From the NCBI GenBank assembly GCA_977016875.1, contig CDRNST010000062.1:3906001-3970000 (forward strand): a stretch of 64,000 bases of DNA. Reading direction: 5' to 3'. Below are positions 11,201 to 26,254 of this stretch, one piece after another. A program made the translations under genes and the position numbers. Under the pieces are notes generated by a model. The model was not told the origin of the DNA and ran no database searches. It saw nothing but the letters and a program-made list of their open reading frames with translations. Position 1 is the stretch's first letter; every line of letters starts with the position of its first letter. The stretch comes from Pavona decussata (taxonomy: Eukaryota).

Positions 11201-14200
11201 CGCATGAAGAAAGGGTTTTGGTTTAGAGTGCGTAAAGGCGCTGTTTGAATAAAAACAACCTTCCAAGTTAGAATAAACACAGCAACACAAAAGAGCTCTT
11301 ATTGATGGGAAAAAGAAAGACTGCGTAGTCGATTGCCGTGCACTTTAACGAGCAATTAACGAGTCGGCTTTTAGACTAATAAGCTACAGTTTTATAATTT
11401 TGGTGTCGTAGCTCTTTTTAAGAGCAACTCCAATTAAACTTCTCACTCTCTGGAATTATGAAAAAATGTCAAATGGAATTTTCAAACTAATGCTTAGCCT
11501 CGAAGGTAAAAACTGAAAATTTTTTTTAGAAAGTTGAGATATCAAGTAGTCAACAAAATGCTCAAAATTTAATCGCAAACGATCGCGATTGTAGAAAAAA
11601 AAAAATTGTTTGTTTTTCTTTTATCTTCCCATTCTTGGGGACACAAAAGGCGTCCTTTGAAAAGTCGATCATTTAAAAACCAAAGATTCTCAGCGAGGCG
11701 CAATAGTTTCGCGGCTCGCTTTCGAACCTTGAATAAATGTCAACGTTCTCCGGTTTCTTTGGCAGGAAAATTAGTATTGGATTTAACCCGCGGCAGTGTT
11801 TGATTTGAGATGAGCCATTATCCCTGTTATATTTCAAGAGCCACTCTTCGCCGAGTAAATTTTTAAGTGTCTGTGGTAGCTATTAACTGTTCATTACTGC
11901 TTTGTTCAATAAAGAGCGAGAAAGATACACGACTCGTTGTATACGTTACTAGTTTGCCTCGAGCGAAAGTAATAAGACCTCGAAATCGAAATATATCGTA
12001 GTGGATTCTGAAATCATCAACGCGCAGTAAATGTATATCGTTTTATTGTGGAAGAAGATTAGTAGAGAAAAACGAAAATCCAATACTTTTGTGTAATTTT
12101 GGGCTATTCATATCACTTACGCATAATTTTAAGAGTTCTCTGAACATATGATATTATATGGTTGTTGCCAGGGTTTGAAACCCATTCGAATTATTTTTTT
12201 AAGCATTAAAATACATCGATTTCGTTTGTCTCCGCGTCTTTTCAACTACGTCTATAGAAAATGAGCAAGTAAACTTTTTAATTTGCTTGTTTTGTGTTTC
12301 ACCTGTAAACCAAAGAAATTGGACGTAATTTATTCGCGCTGTGGTCGCTTATTTGTGAGAAGAAAGTTGAAAAAAGACCCCTCAAATCGGCTACAATTTG
12401 GTACCGCGAAATATCATTCGAAATAATGGAACTATTTTGAGGAGGAACTTTCGTGCGACAGCGACATAAGTTTTGTTTTGGCAATGAAGAAACTACTGCT
12501 TTTTCAGTGGAACGAGCAAGGAACTTTCAGCGTTCCCCAGGAGGAAATTGCAAGCAAACAAAAACTCACGGGAAACATCACCAGCTGAAGAAATTCAAAA
12601 CAAAAGCATTTGCTTCATAATAGGTTTGGCAGGAAGAGGTTCTCTTTTGAGCGTTGTATGACGACATAGCGTCCGGTAGAGCATTGATTAGGCGTGGTTT
12701 TGTAGAGGGCCATACGCACATGAAACTCGACTCAGACAAACAGAAAAGATGCAAAGAGTATAGTCACCTTTTGACAGTTTTCATGGCTTTATTTGGCGGG
12801 AAAATAATGGAATATAACAAAAAAGGGACGTAATTTCCCGTCCCTCGCCACGCTACATCACAGAGGTTCATTCAGGAAATTAGGTTTTTATTTTGTCATT
12901 TTCTTCGACAAGAAAGAATTTTTGTGTGTGTTCTTATCGAATAAGCTAAACATTTTCCAACTTATACTGATATACATTCTGACAGCAGTCGTTCTAATTA
13001 CCAACAAAAATGTACATGGAAATAAAATTCATTTAAAATAATCTACCTGTTAGAGATTTTGATTCACGCGTGAAAAAATTTAGTTTCGGTCGACAGCGAT
13101 TTTGGTTGTTCACAATTCAGGAGCAGAATCAAATTGATTTTAAAGGTGCTTTTTCGTCTTGAAAATGATCAAAAGTTATCATTTGATCTTGAAATAGTCA
13201 TTTATAACAAATTAGTGAATTGCTAAAAAGCTTCTTGCGAAATTAAAATACCGCTTTTACTTCGTTTCACTTTCAAGGCAATAAGCCCGAGGTTATTCTA
13301 TAAAAGTCACGGATCATGAGTACAAAACTTCCTTTTACAAAGTGTCAAGAAATGTTCATCGCACTTGTGATTCGTTTCATTTCAGATCTTGGCGTTGCGT
13401 ATTCCTGGCATGAACAACGTTTCAAATTTTTCCCCAGAAGACAATTAAAATAAATTCATCTCTTTTGATAAAACAACGTAAAACCGAGTAATTCAACTGG
13501 ATTAATGTGGGGATATCACTGGGGATTATAATGTAAACGAATGTTAATTTCTTCGTGTTTTCTTGTACTCATATTTTGCCTCTAGGTTTTTAAATTATAG
13601 CAAGAAATAAGGCAAGCTTTTGATAAGTCGATCTTTATGCGTTTCTGTGCAGGCAGGCATGTTAAGATTTCTGTTTTCGAAAAGTTACACCAAATCATTT
13701 ATTTGCAAATTCGTAATCTCTGGAATATTCTTGCGCTTTGTATCTCTTTTGGTCAGAAACTGATTCACCTCTGGTATACGGACAAAGGCGTTACTATATT
13801 TTTGTGTATGTGTTTTTTTAATATCGATGTAACGATTTTAAGTTGATGGCACTGATTTACTGAAACAACATTTATGTTTGTCGAAATAATAAGAGAGTGA
13901 CCTAATTTTTTTTACTTCAAGAAAAAAAAATCGATATTGTTTACAGAGAAGCAAAAATGAAATAATGCACTTTTTGGTGGTTCGTGGGTTTAGTTGAACA
14001 GTGATTCCTACAACTCACGGCACTGAATCCGTAAATATTTGTATTTTCTGCTATATCATCGCATTAGTTAATGCTATTTTAAATTGGGGAGGGGATCAAG
14101 AAAAATGCAGACGGTTGCATGTATAGTTGTATTTTTTCCTTTGGCAACCTCGTAAACCTAGACTTTGTGTTACTAACATTTAACTTTTGCACTCTGTTTT

Positions 14201-17200
14201 ATTCCAGATTTTTGAAGTTCCTTTCATGGTATTGTTTCAACTCTTTTTTCCCCTGTACTATTCAGAAATTCCGTTTTAAATCAGCACACGGCCATTAGCT
14301 AAAAACACGCTTTTGTGCGGCAAAGGTTCTATAGAGGAAGTCAGTTTGTTGTCGAAAATACGCCATTCGTAAATTTGATTTTTCAAGCAAATATGGTAAA
14401 CAAGAAAAAGTCCAAAGGAAAACCTCCCCAAAAATAAATCGTTCAATGTAGCAACAGCCTGGTCACTTTGTTGCTTTTTTCGAATTATAGTTTGTTTTTG
14501 GGTAACATACAGTTTAAATATCTCGAGTTGTTATTTGGAAGCCATTGTTTTGGCAATTTGATGAATGTTTCGTCAGTGCTAAACGTTCTTAAAGTTGGTT
14601 CTTATGGAAACTAAACCGTGGAATAATTCACGTTCCAAAAGTCGCATTATTCTGGTTTCGTGATTGTATAGATTAATCATTTCTTCTTGCTTTATTAAAC
14701 GTGTGGTTCAAGGAGCATGCTATGGTAAGGTGCGCTATTTTCACTCCCAGACTTCAGAATACATGTTTATGTGCGATTTTAATCAAAGCTTTTTTCTTGG
14801 ATTGATATTCTGAGTGTCACGGCCCAAATACCATGCATAAATGATTTGGTCAAGATAACTTTTGATCTTTTTTTTTTTTTACTTCTTGGTGTTGAGATGT
14901 CCTTGAAGAAATTGGAATGGCAAACAGTCGACTTAATGTCGCAAATGAACTTTCCCCCAACACAAGTTTTTTTTTTTTTGCGGGAGAATGCAGAGAAAAC
15001 GAAAGAATCGCTGTTGTCTTGAACTTACATGGAAGCTCCATGCGCGCGGCGAGATTAAGAAGTCATTTTATTCGCACTGCGCGAGAACTTGAATGAACTA
15101 CTGTGCCGGTTTCTTGCCGTACCATGACTCTATTTTCAGAAAAAAAATCAACTTGATTAAATTTGATGAAACTGTTGGATTGCGGCCAAGCAACCTTCGA
15201 GTAGGATTGGCAACCCGGCAACATTTTGTGACATTTTCAGTCCGCGCGAAGTTCTGTTACTCTGCTGTAGGCGTGTGAATCTTTTGCTGATTTCAGCGAA
15301 GGCCAGACGAAGTCCTCACTGTTTAGTATTTTGTGGGTGCTTATTATTTAAGTTAAAGGAGGCGAGGAAAATGATTAATTTATACACACAAGGGAGTGGC
15401 TTGTTCTCGATGGAACCAGCGTTAACCATATCTAAAATCATCTTCGTTGAGTATTGAGATAATCCTCTGACGGTATTTTACATCGATTTTCTGCTGAATA
15501 AACCATCGTTAACCAGATCAAAAATAAACACCCAGGCTCGGCTATTTAGGAAAAAGGGTTAAGCTAACCAAGGTTAGTACCAGTTTTTAATTATCATTTA
15601 GAACTCAACAATAAAGGTTCTTTTTGTCCGTCATTTTCACTTCGGCTGTACTAACTCAAAATAAAGGAATGGAAACGCTTCTTAACAAGATAAACGTAAA
15701 ACTTGGTTATCTTTAAATCCTACCAGAGTTGGTGTAAACACGGTGTATTTCTTTTAGAGACAATATATAAAATGATCTTGTAATTTTCGCAGAGTGAGTA
15801 TAATCAGTTATTTCTACTCCAAAAATGGAGTAAATATTTTAGGTCTGGGGGCAGGCAGTATTCATAGCTTCATTTCACAGCGAAATGCCAAGTCTAGCCG
15901 GTCTTATTTACATAAAACTGAAGAACTGCCCTGTTCAATGCAGTTTTGTTCGAATTGAAATTAAATGACAATAATTTGCTATTTTAGAAGCTTGTCGAGT
16001 AGACTTTTCAGTTGATTTGTCAAAGGGGTGTTGTAGATTGTTTGATGAACAGTGAAGCTTTTTCTGTTCAAATTCAAACCTTCGAACTTATCAATCAAGA
16101 AATCACGTTGCCTTCTTCAATTTTCGGCGGAAATTATTTATTTACTTCTGTAATGCTATGTTTGTGGGGAAATTGTGATATTGCCATCATTTTAAACCTC
16201 GCATAGGAATCCCTTTTGTGTGGCGCGCGACAGTCATTTTACTTTCTCTCGAATGCAAGTGATGCAAAAACTTGGAAACGAATTTTAAATTGCTTATATT
16301 GATTTCCACTCAGTTCAGTCGGTTTTGCGTGGCGTGAACTGCAGTTTTCAGTCAGTTTCGAGCAAAAAAGAGTTTATTGCCACAACGTAGGCGACAACCT
16401 GTTTACATTGCCACTTTGTTCAGTAATTAGCCAGGTAATTATCACTCTATGTTCAAGCGCCAATGCGATCCACGAGGAACAAAACAGATTATATTATCAC
16501 CGATCAAACACCACCGATCTTTGGGTTGTTGGGCTGAAGATCAGGCAGGAACAATTTCAATGATTTTGTTGTGATAATAGGCAGGTGTCTGCTACACGCC
16601 TATTCAGTGTGTACCGCTTAAGAGAGTCGCGTGTTGTTTGAGCACATGGCGTTAAGGTCATCCTCCATAAAAACAAACGATTAACGTGCAAATGACAAAA
16701 TTCTTAAGGAGCTTGTTTCGTTGAGAGTTCAAACTATCTTGTAGACGGTTTATGCTTTTGGTTACAACTTATAAAAAGCTAGTAACGCTGGTTTTAACCA
16801 GGTGCATCACACATGCGCGCTTGTTTTATTCTTTTTCGACATTTCACCCAATGTCTCCCAGCTGAAAAGGAAATCTCAATTTGCTTGATGTGATGCCGAA
16901 CGTCAGTGTAACGTTTACTGCGTCTGCGGACGCAATCGAGAGAGTAAATTTTCGTTTCCTTATGGTACCGTTTATTTGACAAAAATCGGCGAACGTGACC
17001 GATATCAAGAATTTGTTTTATCGAATTTTTAATATTTAATTCGACGCACGCCATCTAACTTTAACCGCTGTCAACTTGAAAGAAAATCCATTGTTTGATG
17101 ATATATGTTGGGGTACTGCCATTTGAACCTCAGGGTAAAAATGTGCTGAACTAGGTAACACTTTCACACAAAGAAAGGAGATTCCCTGTGGTTTCACAGT

Positions 17201-17439
17201 TTACCACGATTTAATGCATTTTAATATTGATTAAGATGATTTTTTTGGTTTTCTTTTTCTTTTGGCATTGCGGAATAAATAAAAATAAATATTACCACTC
17301 AAAACTTAAGCCTTCTCAGTGACAGAATTTTGCAGTAAAATTTTGATACTTGAGGCATTTTCAAGCACATCCCGATTAGTCAGAACTTAATGTTTTTGTA
17401 CTTATATTTCTCTCTTATTTTCTCAGTGAAATAAGTGAA

Positions 17440-17522
17440 AGGGTTCGAACTCATGAACCAATCCCTGCGATACTGGTGCAGTGCTCTACCAACTGAGCTA
17501 TCACACCACTGGGAGCTGGTCA
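17440..17522 (-). mobile_element. tRNA-derived SINE fragment
   Basis: Minus strand reads GACCAGCTCCCAGTGGTGTGATAGCTCAGTTGGTAGAGCACTGCACCAG...GAGTTCGAACCC, with Pol III A and B boxes but no intact cloverleaf. Confidence 0.7.
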
Positions 17523-18018
17523 TTTTTTAAATGGTCGACAATATTCCCGTTAAAGATGAAGATATGAAAGTGACTTTTGCTATTACTGAAGTTGCAGACA
17601 TAATTACAATGTCTTTCATGTCTTGAAAATCGTCCACCCTTAGTTCGCATGTATTATATTTTATAAATTCACCGTTCAAGCCGAATTTTAGTTCGCAACT
17701 TAGAAGCGAACGTAACTGCGATTGTCCGCTGTCATGTATTAAACAAAAAAGAGCTAGTAAGTTCCGCTTTTAGGTATTGTTAAAACAAAATGAATTATTT
17801 GTGTGGTCCGAGGTTTTCCTCTTTGTTATAAAATAGCTTATCCAGACTATATTTAGCACGTGACCAAGCTTGTACGGAACTCGAGCTTAACACTCAGTTG
17901 TTATTCATATGAGATGATGCAATGAAAGAATGGAGCTAGCTATCGACGGTTCCCATTATTTTATTGATCTTTTTCTAACATTTGTAACTTCATGAATCGT
18001 TGTTTAACAAAACTTCGT

Positions 18019-18292
18019 GGGGGGGGGGGGGGGGAGGGTATACTCCTGGGAATTTTTGGTGGGAGTGTGCGGCTCGGTTTTCCAAACCCTGACTCTCTTT
18101 CAGACCAAAATATGTAATTCCTCGGTTCTCTTTTGTAGACTGCAAAATTCAAAACACTTTTCAGACCAAAATGGTTAAAATCCATACCCTATTTCAGACC
18201 AAACGTCTCAAAAACCACACCCTTTGGTGCTGCAGATACTATCTAGTTTATGTAGAGGAGTAACCCCTCGGGGGGGTGGGGTGGGGGAGGGG
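18019..18292. mobile_element. Poly-G/poly-C-ended non-autonomous element
   Basis: G-run followed by TACTCC at the left end, repeated internal TTTCAGACCAAA motifs, and a C/G-run at the right end. Same architecture as the copies at 20985, 26255 and 43977. Confidence 0.6.
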
Positions 18293-20984
18293 TCCAACGA
18301 GGAAATAAATAAACGTTAATATGTTTTGAGCTTCGATTGTCAATCGGCGTTAATGTAATTTAACCTCCGCCAACAAAGCGTAATTTCATTTCCTGACAAT
18401 TGTTGTCACATTGTGTAAAACGTTGTTTTATTTACTTGGCATAATAGGAAGTCCACGACAAACTGTAAATTTAAACAACTTAAAACAGCTGTCAAAGGCG
18501 ACCATATCACATTCCCTGTGTTTAAACACCATGAAACACAACGTGCTTCTTAGACACGTTCCTTTTGTTTTGCTGTCGTTTTACTTAAACACTTGAGAGT
18601 CTAAGGACTTTCTTAGTGGGAGGTAATCTAGTCACGAAAACCACCTTTCATACTCGGCAGGTACCTTTCGACAAAACCCGCAGCCTAAATAAATATCAAA
18701 AGAGAAAAGAAAAGACCAGACTTACTGCCGTCTTGGCGCGGAATTACGTGCGTATACAAACTCTCCCACGCGTGGGTTTCAGAAGAATTTAAAACGCGCG
18801 CACTTGTCGCCATGCGGAAGAATAGAGGGTGGACAGGAAATTGTAAAAGTAAGGCCTTAGCTAAACTGTGTGCCAAGCATACGCAATTTTTTAACTAACG
18901 TGTTCCAACATGATTTGAACAGATTTGTGAATGCTGGCAATGATTTGCCGTTACCTTGATCAAGAGGCGCACGCTCGCCCGCACAAGCCAATTTCGCAAC
19001 TTGTCTGTCTGAAATCTGTTCTGAAGTTGGCATTTCGTAAGTTACGATTACTTGCATCTACGTTAGACGAGGACCTTTAGGAATTCGAGGAAAGCCTTGT
19101 TATCTCGAATCCACACTTGAAATTGTTAAGAAAATCTTGTGCCTCTCTCGTCCGTGGAAGTTCGGCAGGGTCAGGGTTGAGGTAACGTTCGTGGAACAAG
19201 TATTACCCCTCCCGAGACTGTTATTGGAACAGAATACCGTGTCCTTTAGTTCGCTCGAAATATGCACGGTGATTTGTATGCCGATATAACCTTTCCGAGA
19301 AGCTTACAGTTTGGCGAGAAGGGAGCTCAAGTAAAACTGTGAGCTTGGTGAAATGAGAAATATCCTTCCATATTTCAAAGCTTATTTTGTGTTTATTACC
19401 CTTAAAATATTTTCCCTGAAAGTGCGCGCGGTATTTTGACTCAAAGCGTGGCTTAGGGTGTTATTAAATGTCTTCGTCTTTGTCAACAGCAAAACGCTTT
19501 TCCATCTTGAAGGTTTGGAATTTTTTTCATCGTATTGGAGGGAGTTAAGTTGAGAACTAGATAATATCACTTGGGGAGTATCATCTGATGTTTCTAAATT
19601 TTAGTTGTGGCGTATTGGGTCACGTGTCTCGTTTTGACCACTCGCAGGCACGCGAAAATATTTGATGGATTATCAAGTACTTTCGTCCGCCGAATATGCC
19701 AGAAATGAGCCTGCATTGTACTTCATGATGAGTCGTGAAGACTCCATTTATAATCATTTGTCAGAGTAAGTTATAACAGATGAGTACTTTTATAAGTATG
19801 TAAACGATCCTTTGTTCTTCATTGTGATATTTAGTCAATAAAGAAGGCCATTTCTTTTGACTCTACAACAAAAGAACACGTGCGAGGCACAACGCGTAAA
19901 GACAAAACGGAAATTCAAACGCCTTTCAATCAAAACAAATTTGCCTACTCAACGCCGAGTTAAGGAGGTGTCAAGGTACTTTTCGAGGTAAATTGGATAA
20001 ATTACAAAGAAGTAGCTTTTAGATCTTTGAGCCATTACCAACGTTATTCCAGTAACATTAACAGCAAATTAAGTAGTGAACTATACTGATGGCGCTTAAA
20101 GGGTCAACGACCGACGTTACTATTTGAGTTCTAAGCTAAGTTTTATATTTGCCAATGGCCCCTGGTCCATACGACAGGAGTAAAGTCAAGTTTTGACGTT
20201 CGTCGTGCGGACGGCTGGCGTTGGATCAGCTGGTCGTTTGTGAGTATTAATTACCAGCGCTTTCCCCGCGCAAATTTAAACGCCAAATTGCATTAACTCT
20301 AAATGTACTTGCAGTTAAGGAGTTCTCTGCGTAACACATTTTTGAAAATTTGGCAGCTACAAAAGTAAAGAGAAAGCCAAATTTCGAGTCAGTGAAATTC
20401 GTCTTGCAGTCGCCGCTCGTGAACAAAATGAAAATGAAATTGTTTTGGTATTCAAACTCTTCATCGCAAATCTATTATAACACTCAGGGCGTGTTCTTAA
20501 TGCAATTCTGACTATTCTTATTCTAGTTCAGGAATAACACAATACATACAATATCATTTCCCAAAGAACACAATTCCGCCCATTCAAATTAATCAGAATA
20601 GCTTGCCAAAAGTACGCACTTCCTCATATTCAGTAGAATCAGCAGAATGCTATTCTGTTCAATCCGAAAACAGAACAGGGAAAACGCCCCCTTCGAGTTA
20701 CCAACAGTTCACGCTTACTACGTGTTACGTTTCACGTCTAGCTCGTGGAATGTCCATTACGTCAAAGCGGGTACAACTTACGCAAGTTTGCACCCCAATT
20801 AACGTCCAAAGCTAGTCCCTGCAACGACCTCTGGTTTTTGCTTAACTTGGCGTCAGAAATCCGTTGGGTGAAAGTTATGAAAGAAACGTTTGTAAACGTA
20901 TTTGTGCGCACTGTTCAGCAGGCTGTCAACTTTGGGTCTCGCTCGTTTTACGCAATGTTTCGCTTGTGATATTCGTCGCTAAAG

Positions 20985-21259
20985 CCCCGGGGGGGGGGAT
21001 TACCCCTGCATAAGTTATATTTGTATGTACGGCGCCATTGAGCCGTTTTGGTCGGTAATAAGGTATACATTTTAAATATTTTCGTCTCAAAGTCTGAAAA
21101 GGGGTATGGATTTTACAGAAACGAGTATGGATTCTAGAAACCAGTCTGAAAATTGGGATGATTAGTAGAGGCCAGGACTGAAAAAGAGTACCAGAAAATT
21201 ACTTGGTTTGGTCTGGTTTGGAGAAGCGAGCCGCACACCCCCTCCCCTCCCCTCCCCGG
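20985..21259. mobile_element. Poly-G/poly-C-ended non-autonomous element
   Basis: CCCCGG-Gn left end and Cn-CCGG right end, internal GTCTGAAAA repeats, flanking GCTAAAG duplication. Confidence 0.65.
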
Positions 21260-22489
21260 TGGCTAAAGAAATTTAAGTGTACAGTTGATAAACCTGTTGT
21301 GTGGTTGGTTTGAGTGGTTTTACACTAAGTTCTCTGAATAAGAATAGGCATTCAGTGTTGAAGATTAATGAGGCGCGAATCAACAATACAGCATATTATG
21401 GTTTGAAAAATTTTCCTGTTCGCAAACAGTCAAGAAGATTAGTCATAAAGGCTCAATACTGAAAAATGGCATCGCATCCTACTGCTATCAATACACGAGC
21501 AAACTCTATGGTCCTTCTTATGGCCCGTCCGCAGATAAATAGACTATATGCGGACGTTTTATGAAACTTAAAAAGTTAAACGTTAATTTAGACTTGACGT
21601 GTGTATTGGGAAGTTACTGGGCAATCAGTCTAAGAAGTGTTTCGGTTTTACACAGTATTTTTTTTCTCGGATGGTTTCCTGAAAACGTGATCAAACTCGG
21701 GCACACTTAAGCAACACGAGGTTTTTAGTACGCGGAGGAGTGAGCGCCAATACAAGAATTATAGCGAGAACCGCGCAAAGCCAGTTAACTGTCCAAAAGA
21801 AAGGTATTATTCTTGGCCAAACGTCCTCGAAATTGTGTGGAAAATTGTCTGTTTTTTAATAATTTTGGTTGTTATTCAAAAATGAAATTTGAATCAAGAT
21901 TAAGCGTAAAGTACAAAAATAGGCGCTACTGACAAAGACTAAATCTTTCAGTTTTTGTTTTGTTTTGTTTTTTCTTGTATAAATCCATTTTAATGGACAC
22001 TAGATTAGCTTCTTAGTCACTTCAGTTTTTGCAAACGCGGTATAGAGAGTTAAGCCATTTGCCAAAACCATCGGTCCGATTATTCCTGTTTATCTGACAC
22101 GCTCCTCGCGTTTATGGAGTTCATCAAACTAAGCATAACCGCAAAATTTTTGAAAAGGATTGAAACGCCATGACAAAGCACTAATTCACCATGTGTCAAG
22201 GAAGATGTGTCCTGCTTGGGTGATCGTCAAGTGGGTGTTTAGCGCGCAAAGGAACCGGCCTCTTGGAAAGTGTTTCGAGTAGGAAGCTACAACCCCAAGG
22301 GCTCTTAACAGAACAAAAGGGAATACTGGGTGATTACGTACAAGGCTAATTAATTTAGGCTATATAGACATCAAGTCTTTGAAAGCACTTATCTCCTTGA
22401 GTATCTCGTACCTTCTATTTATAACCTACTAAGCGAAACTGTTCCCTAACCCAATCATTTCCGAACTTTCTCTAACGTTCGAACCGATA

Positions 22490-22730
22490 AAATCTTTAAT
22501 TGTGACCATTCAAATGAAAGCCACCGAGACAGTGCTTTCCTGAGATGCTGCTTATTACATGTATTTTGTACAAGGTGATTGTGGATGAGATATTAAGTTG
22601 TCACGTTTCAAATGAAAGCTTGTTAGTAGTCCTTTCCCGTGTACTCTCTCTTTTGAGTATGTGAATGAAATCTTGAAGTGGGAGCATTCAAATTCAAAAC
22701 TCACTTCTGAGTCTGTGGATAAAATCCTTA
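22490..22730 (+). repeat. Degenerate tandem-unit repeat (GAGTCTGTGGATGAAATCC...GTGACCATTCAAATGAAAGC)
   Basis: Several diverged units. The same family recurs at 47600-47915 and near 56190. Confidence 0.7.
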
Positions 22731-25038
22731 AAAACTAGTACAACCTTGCAAATTAAAGGTTGAAGACTACACCTCTTCGATCTTCAATTTATTCAGTTTT
22801 CATATTGCTTTGCGCGGAATGGACTTTTCTTGTTGGGTTTGGTCGTGAGGCTGTTTCGTTATTTCCAATTGTTTCAATTTCAAATTTACTGAAAGAATTT
22901 TTTGTTTTTTCAGTAGCGCTTTCGCAAAGCCGCTTCTTGCTTATGATTTCTCGCTGGTCCTAGCCTTGAACCTCTCTCTCCACTGTTTAAATTAAATTCG
23001 GTCTCCCATTCCTTTGAACACAAGCCGCTGCGAGTGTTTGCCGTTGTAACCAGGTTGAGTTGAATTCGGTTGTCGTTAATTATACCAACCTACCAGATTG
23101 ACATTGTATCGATATTGTGTGGACAAATAACTTATTCATAAATTACAACCGTACAAACTACAGATACAGAACTTACCTTGGTCTAAAGTAACTAACGAGG
23201 ATTGTTTGTGTGAAGGCCAGCTCATTAACAATGAGGTGTGATGGTCTGTGAAGGACTTTGTTTTGATTATATACCGTTCTTATTGTTCCCGTTTTCGGTT
23301 TTGTATTTTGTAACAACGGTCCTTTGAAAAGCAGTGATCCGCAAAACCAACGGCGCCTGTCGCAAGGCTAATTTGTGAGTCCATTATCAAGGCCTCGAAA
23401 ATAGACGATCCTGAACTGTCAGCTGTGACGCTTTCTGAAGCCTTGAAAAATCCTGTTTGGTTATGGCTACGCATTTTCTTGTGAGTGTTGAGGGGGTGGA
23501 TCCGGGATTGTATCAAAGATTATGAAATAACTATTTCTGGGTCTTTCTGCAGTAATCTCTGTGGTTTCATGTTCTCATAGTAAGGAATGAACTCCTCTAA
23601 ACCTTCCCCAGGCCCTGTATTGACTCATACTCAATACTGTAGTTCTTTCTTTTAAATTTACAACTTCCTGCTGTACTCAAACATTTGAGTTTGTAGATTA
23701 AATTCCCTTAAACTTAAGCTGCTGGGTGGTACTTTGGTGTGAAAGACTTCGATACAGCCCAAGTATTAATTATACATGCACCACTGTCATATTAACCCTC
23801 CTCCACAAACAGCAAGCACGGGCGAATAGAGTTTGAGCCAGAAAATGTAAACAAAAGTAATGTATGGGGCTAGCTGTGCGAAAATCTTGCCCTTTTCAAG
23901 GGCCCTGCTTTTTAGTGTATTGTTTGTTGTACTCGGTTGAATGTTAAGTTGTAACAAATGGTTCTAACTTTTTAGTTTGAACTTGACAAATAACCTGACG
24001 CAGTATCTCGGCTGCTGTTCGCTATTCGCTCTGCCTCACGCCATCCCATGCAGTTTGGATCAATATAACCCCCTCCGGCGGAAATACTGTTTTGTCTCAG
24101 TTGTGTATATCGCATGAAGTCTAAAATAGAATTTGGATTTTTGCCATTTCGGCTTGACTGAACAGGCGACAAACATTTCGCAGAGTACATTTTTTTCCCT
24201 TCCCCCAGGAAAACAAATTGAAATTGTTCAGCGTAGCCACTTTCACTCTGCCTCCTCTCAGCAGGATTTCACATTTGAACAAGCGCGATGGAAAAGATAC
24301 TGGACACGAACGTGAGCGCGAGGCAGCACGGGAAGGTGCACTAATTTACATAATGAGTGAGGCGCTAGGCGTCTGGGTACAAAACGACGACTGCTAGTTT
24401 TGTGGTTTTGAGAGCAAGATGTACACACTCACAACGTATCTTTTAAGGGAAGTAGTAAAAAAAAAACTACTATGCCCGAACAACCCGACCTACCAAACCA
24501 CAAAATAGATGGTGGTCTCTGCCTGCGCTTCCCTTCCCCAACCTCAAAAGATGATGTCTTTATTGCATAGCCACCCTTCTATTCAGCACTAAAAAATGAC
24601 AATGAGATTGAAGCCTCGCTTTTCTTGTTTATCTAGCAATTAACGATAAATCTTGTTAGCTGAATATCATTGTGTAAAATCAAATTAAACAGTGCGACTA
24701 CTGTTACCGGGGCCAATCTGGCGATTCAGATTGTAGGACAAGAACAATGAATTTCAACCAAAGCCGATTGAAACAATCACGAGTAGACGGAAAACAACAG
24801 TTAAAACCCAAAATTTTGGAATTATTCACTGTTCGTATCATACTGTGATCTGATTAGTGAGTTTAAAGTGACCCCGGTAAAGGCAATAAAATTTTGTCAA
24901 TAATGTTCATGGAATAGGTGGTGCCTTCGATAACTCTCCTACCCCAGACAAGGTGGGTCCTCTTCGAACAAATCTGTTGAAACCAGTTCCCTAACGCCTT
25001 ACCATTGCATGCGAGGCATAATTTCTTATTGCGTGCTG

Positions 25039-25400
25039 TTAAGGACGGTGCCTACTTTTGCTACTGCGTCTACGTTTAGCACATCTCGGAATGACGCGAA
25101 AAACTGTTACTAATTTGCGCAGCGTATAGCTATGCGGGAAAAGGAGAAGTTAACAAGGGTGATTGGAATGCACAAAAAAATTGGGTGTAGCCACGTAATT
25201 TTCAGAGACAATCGAACTTCAATTAGAAAAACAATTCTATAGTCTGTCATGTATTTTAATCCCTTATAGAGTTATTGTGGGTTAATTATCTCTGAAAAAT
25301 ACGTGGCTACCCCCAATTTTCTTTTTGGTTTTCAATAGCCCTTGCTAAGTCCTACTTCTCCCGCATCTGAGTAATAAACTGCACAATATCTATATTAGGT
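25039..25400 (+). mobile_element. TTAA-flanked non-autonomous DNA element (Kolobok-like), degenerate
   Basis: Begins TTAAGGACGGTGCCTAC. Shares internal motifs (AATTATCTCTGAAAAAT, GCTACCCCCAATTT) with the copies at 31855-32238 and 38020-38322. Confidence 0.55.
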
Positions 25401-26254
25401 GAATAGTTTTTAAACTTAAAAGTGCTCAGAAATAAAACTAAAGAAAAGGAAAGTCAGTCTATTGTTTCGCTCCCCAAAAAATCCGCCGTGAAAACACTAT
25501 TTCCGCTTCAGATGAAGCGGACGAATTACTCCCGCCCTCACAGGCGTAGCTTATATGGCGTAGCTTATCCATACTGGAGCCGGACGAAGCGGATTTCGTA
25601 GATATGTTTGCCATCGTGGAAAATAATTCAGTTAAGAACGTATTTTCCGTGTTTCCATGTGCAACTGTAGTATTTGTGAAGAACTGATATTGTCAGTAGG
25701 AGGAGCGGGGCTTTTAATCCGCATTTAAATTTCCTTAGCTTTTGTTGTTCTCTTTTGTTCTTACTTAATGCATTACCTTTTAATTAGGTGTAACGTAGTC
25801 AAATATAGTATTTTATCGCATTATATCGTATTGTGTTGCATTGTATGCACTTAAAATTTAAGGTACTTTAAAGGACAAAAAAAGGAAAAAAATGCGCTTG
25901 CGTGGAAATGCGAAGAAAGAAATATAAATAAGTAGCAGCTGAGTACATATTTCTATCGAGGTCTAGAAGCACTTGTAGTAACGCGCGAGGTAGGCGCCGA
26001 AAGGAATGGGAGAGAGGGGTTTCGAGCCTCTCAGTCCACGCCCTCTCGTCTGCACTTTGAGATAACAAAAACCTAAATATTTAATCAACTGACTCCGCAA
26101 AATAAGGCCAAAAGGTACATAAAGAAGGCGGAGAGATAAATAAGCGAGAGATCAGAGAAGAGACGTGGCAAAGCGTCATGAGTGGATTCTTCCCTACTAC
26201 TAAAACTACTTCAGGAACGAACATTATATCAAACGCACTGCCTGCGAACCGTCC

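Noticed and set aside
22490-22730. CRISPR-like repeat-spacer array
   Set aside because: Eukaryotic context, degenerate whole-unit repeats with no unique spacers, and no cas genes.
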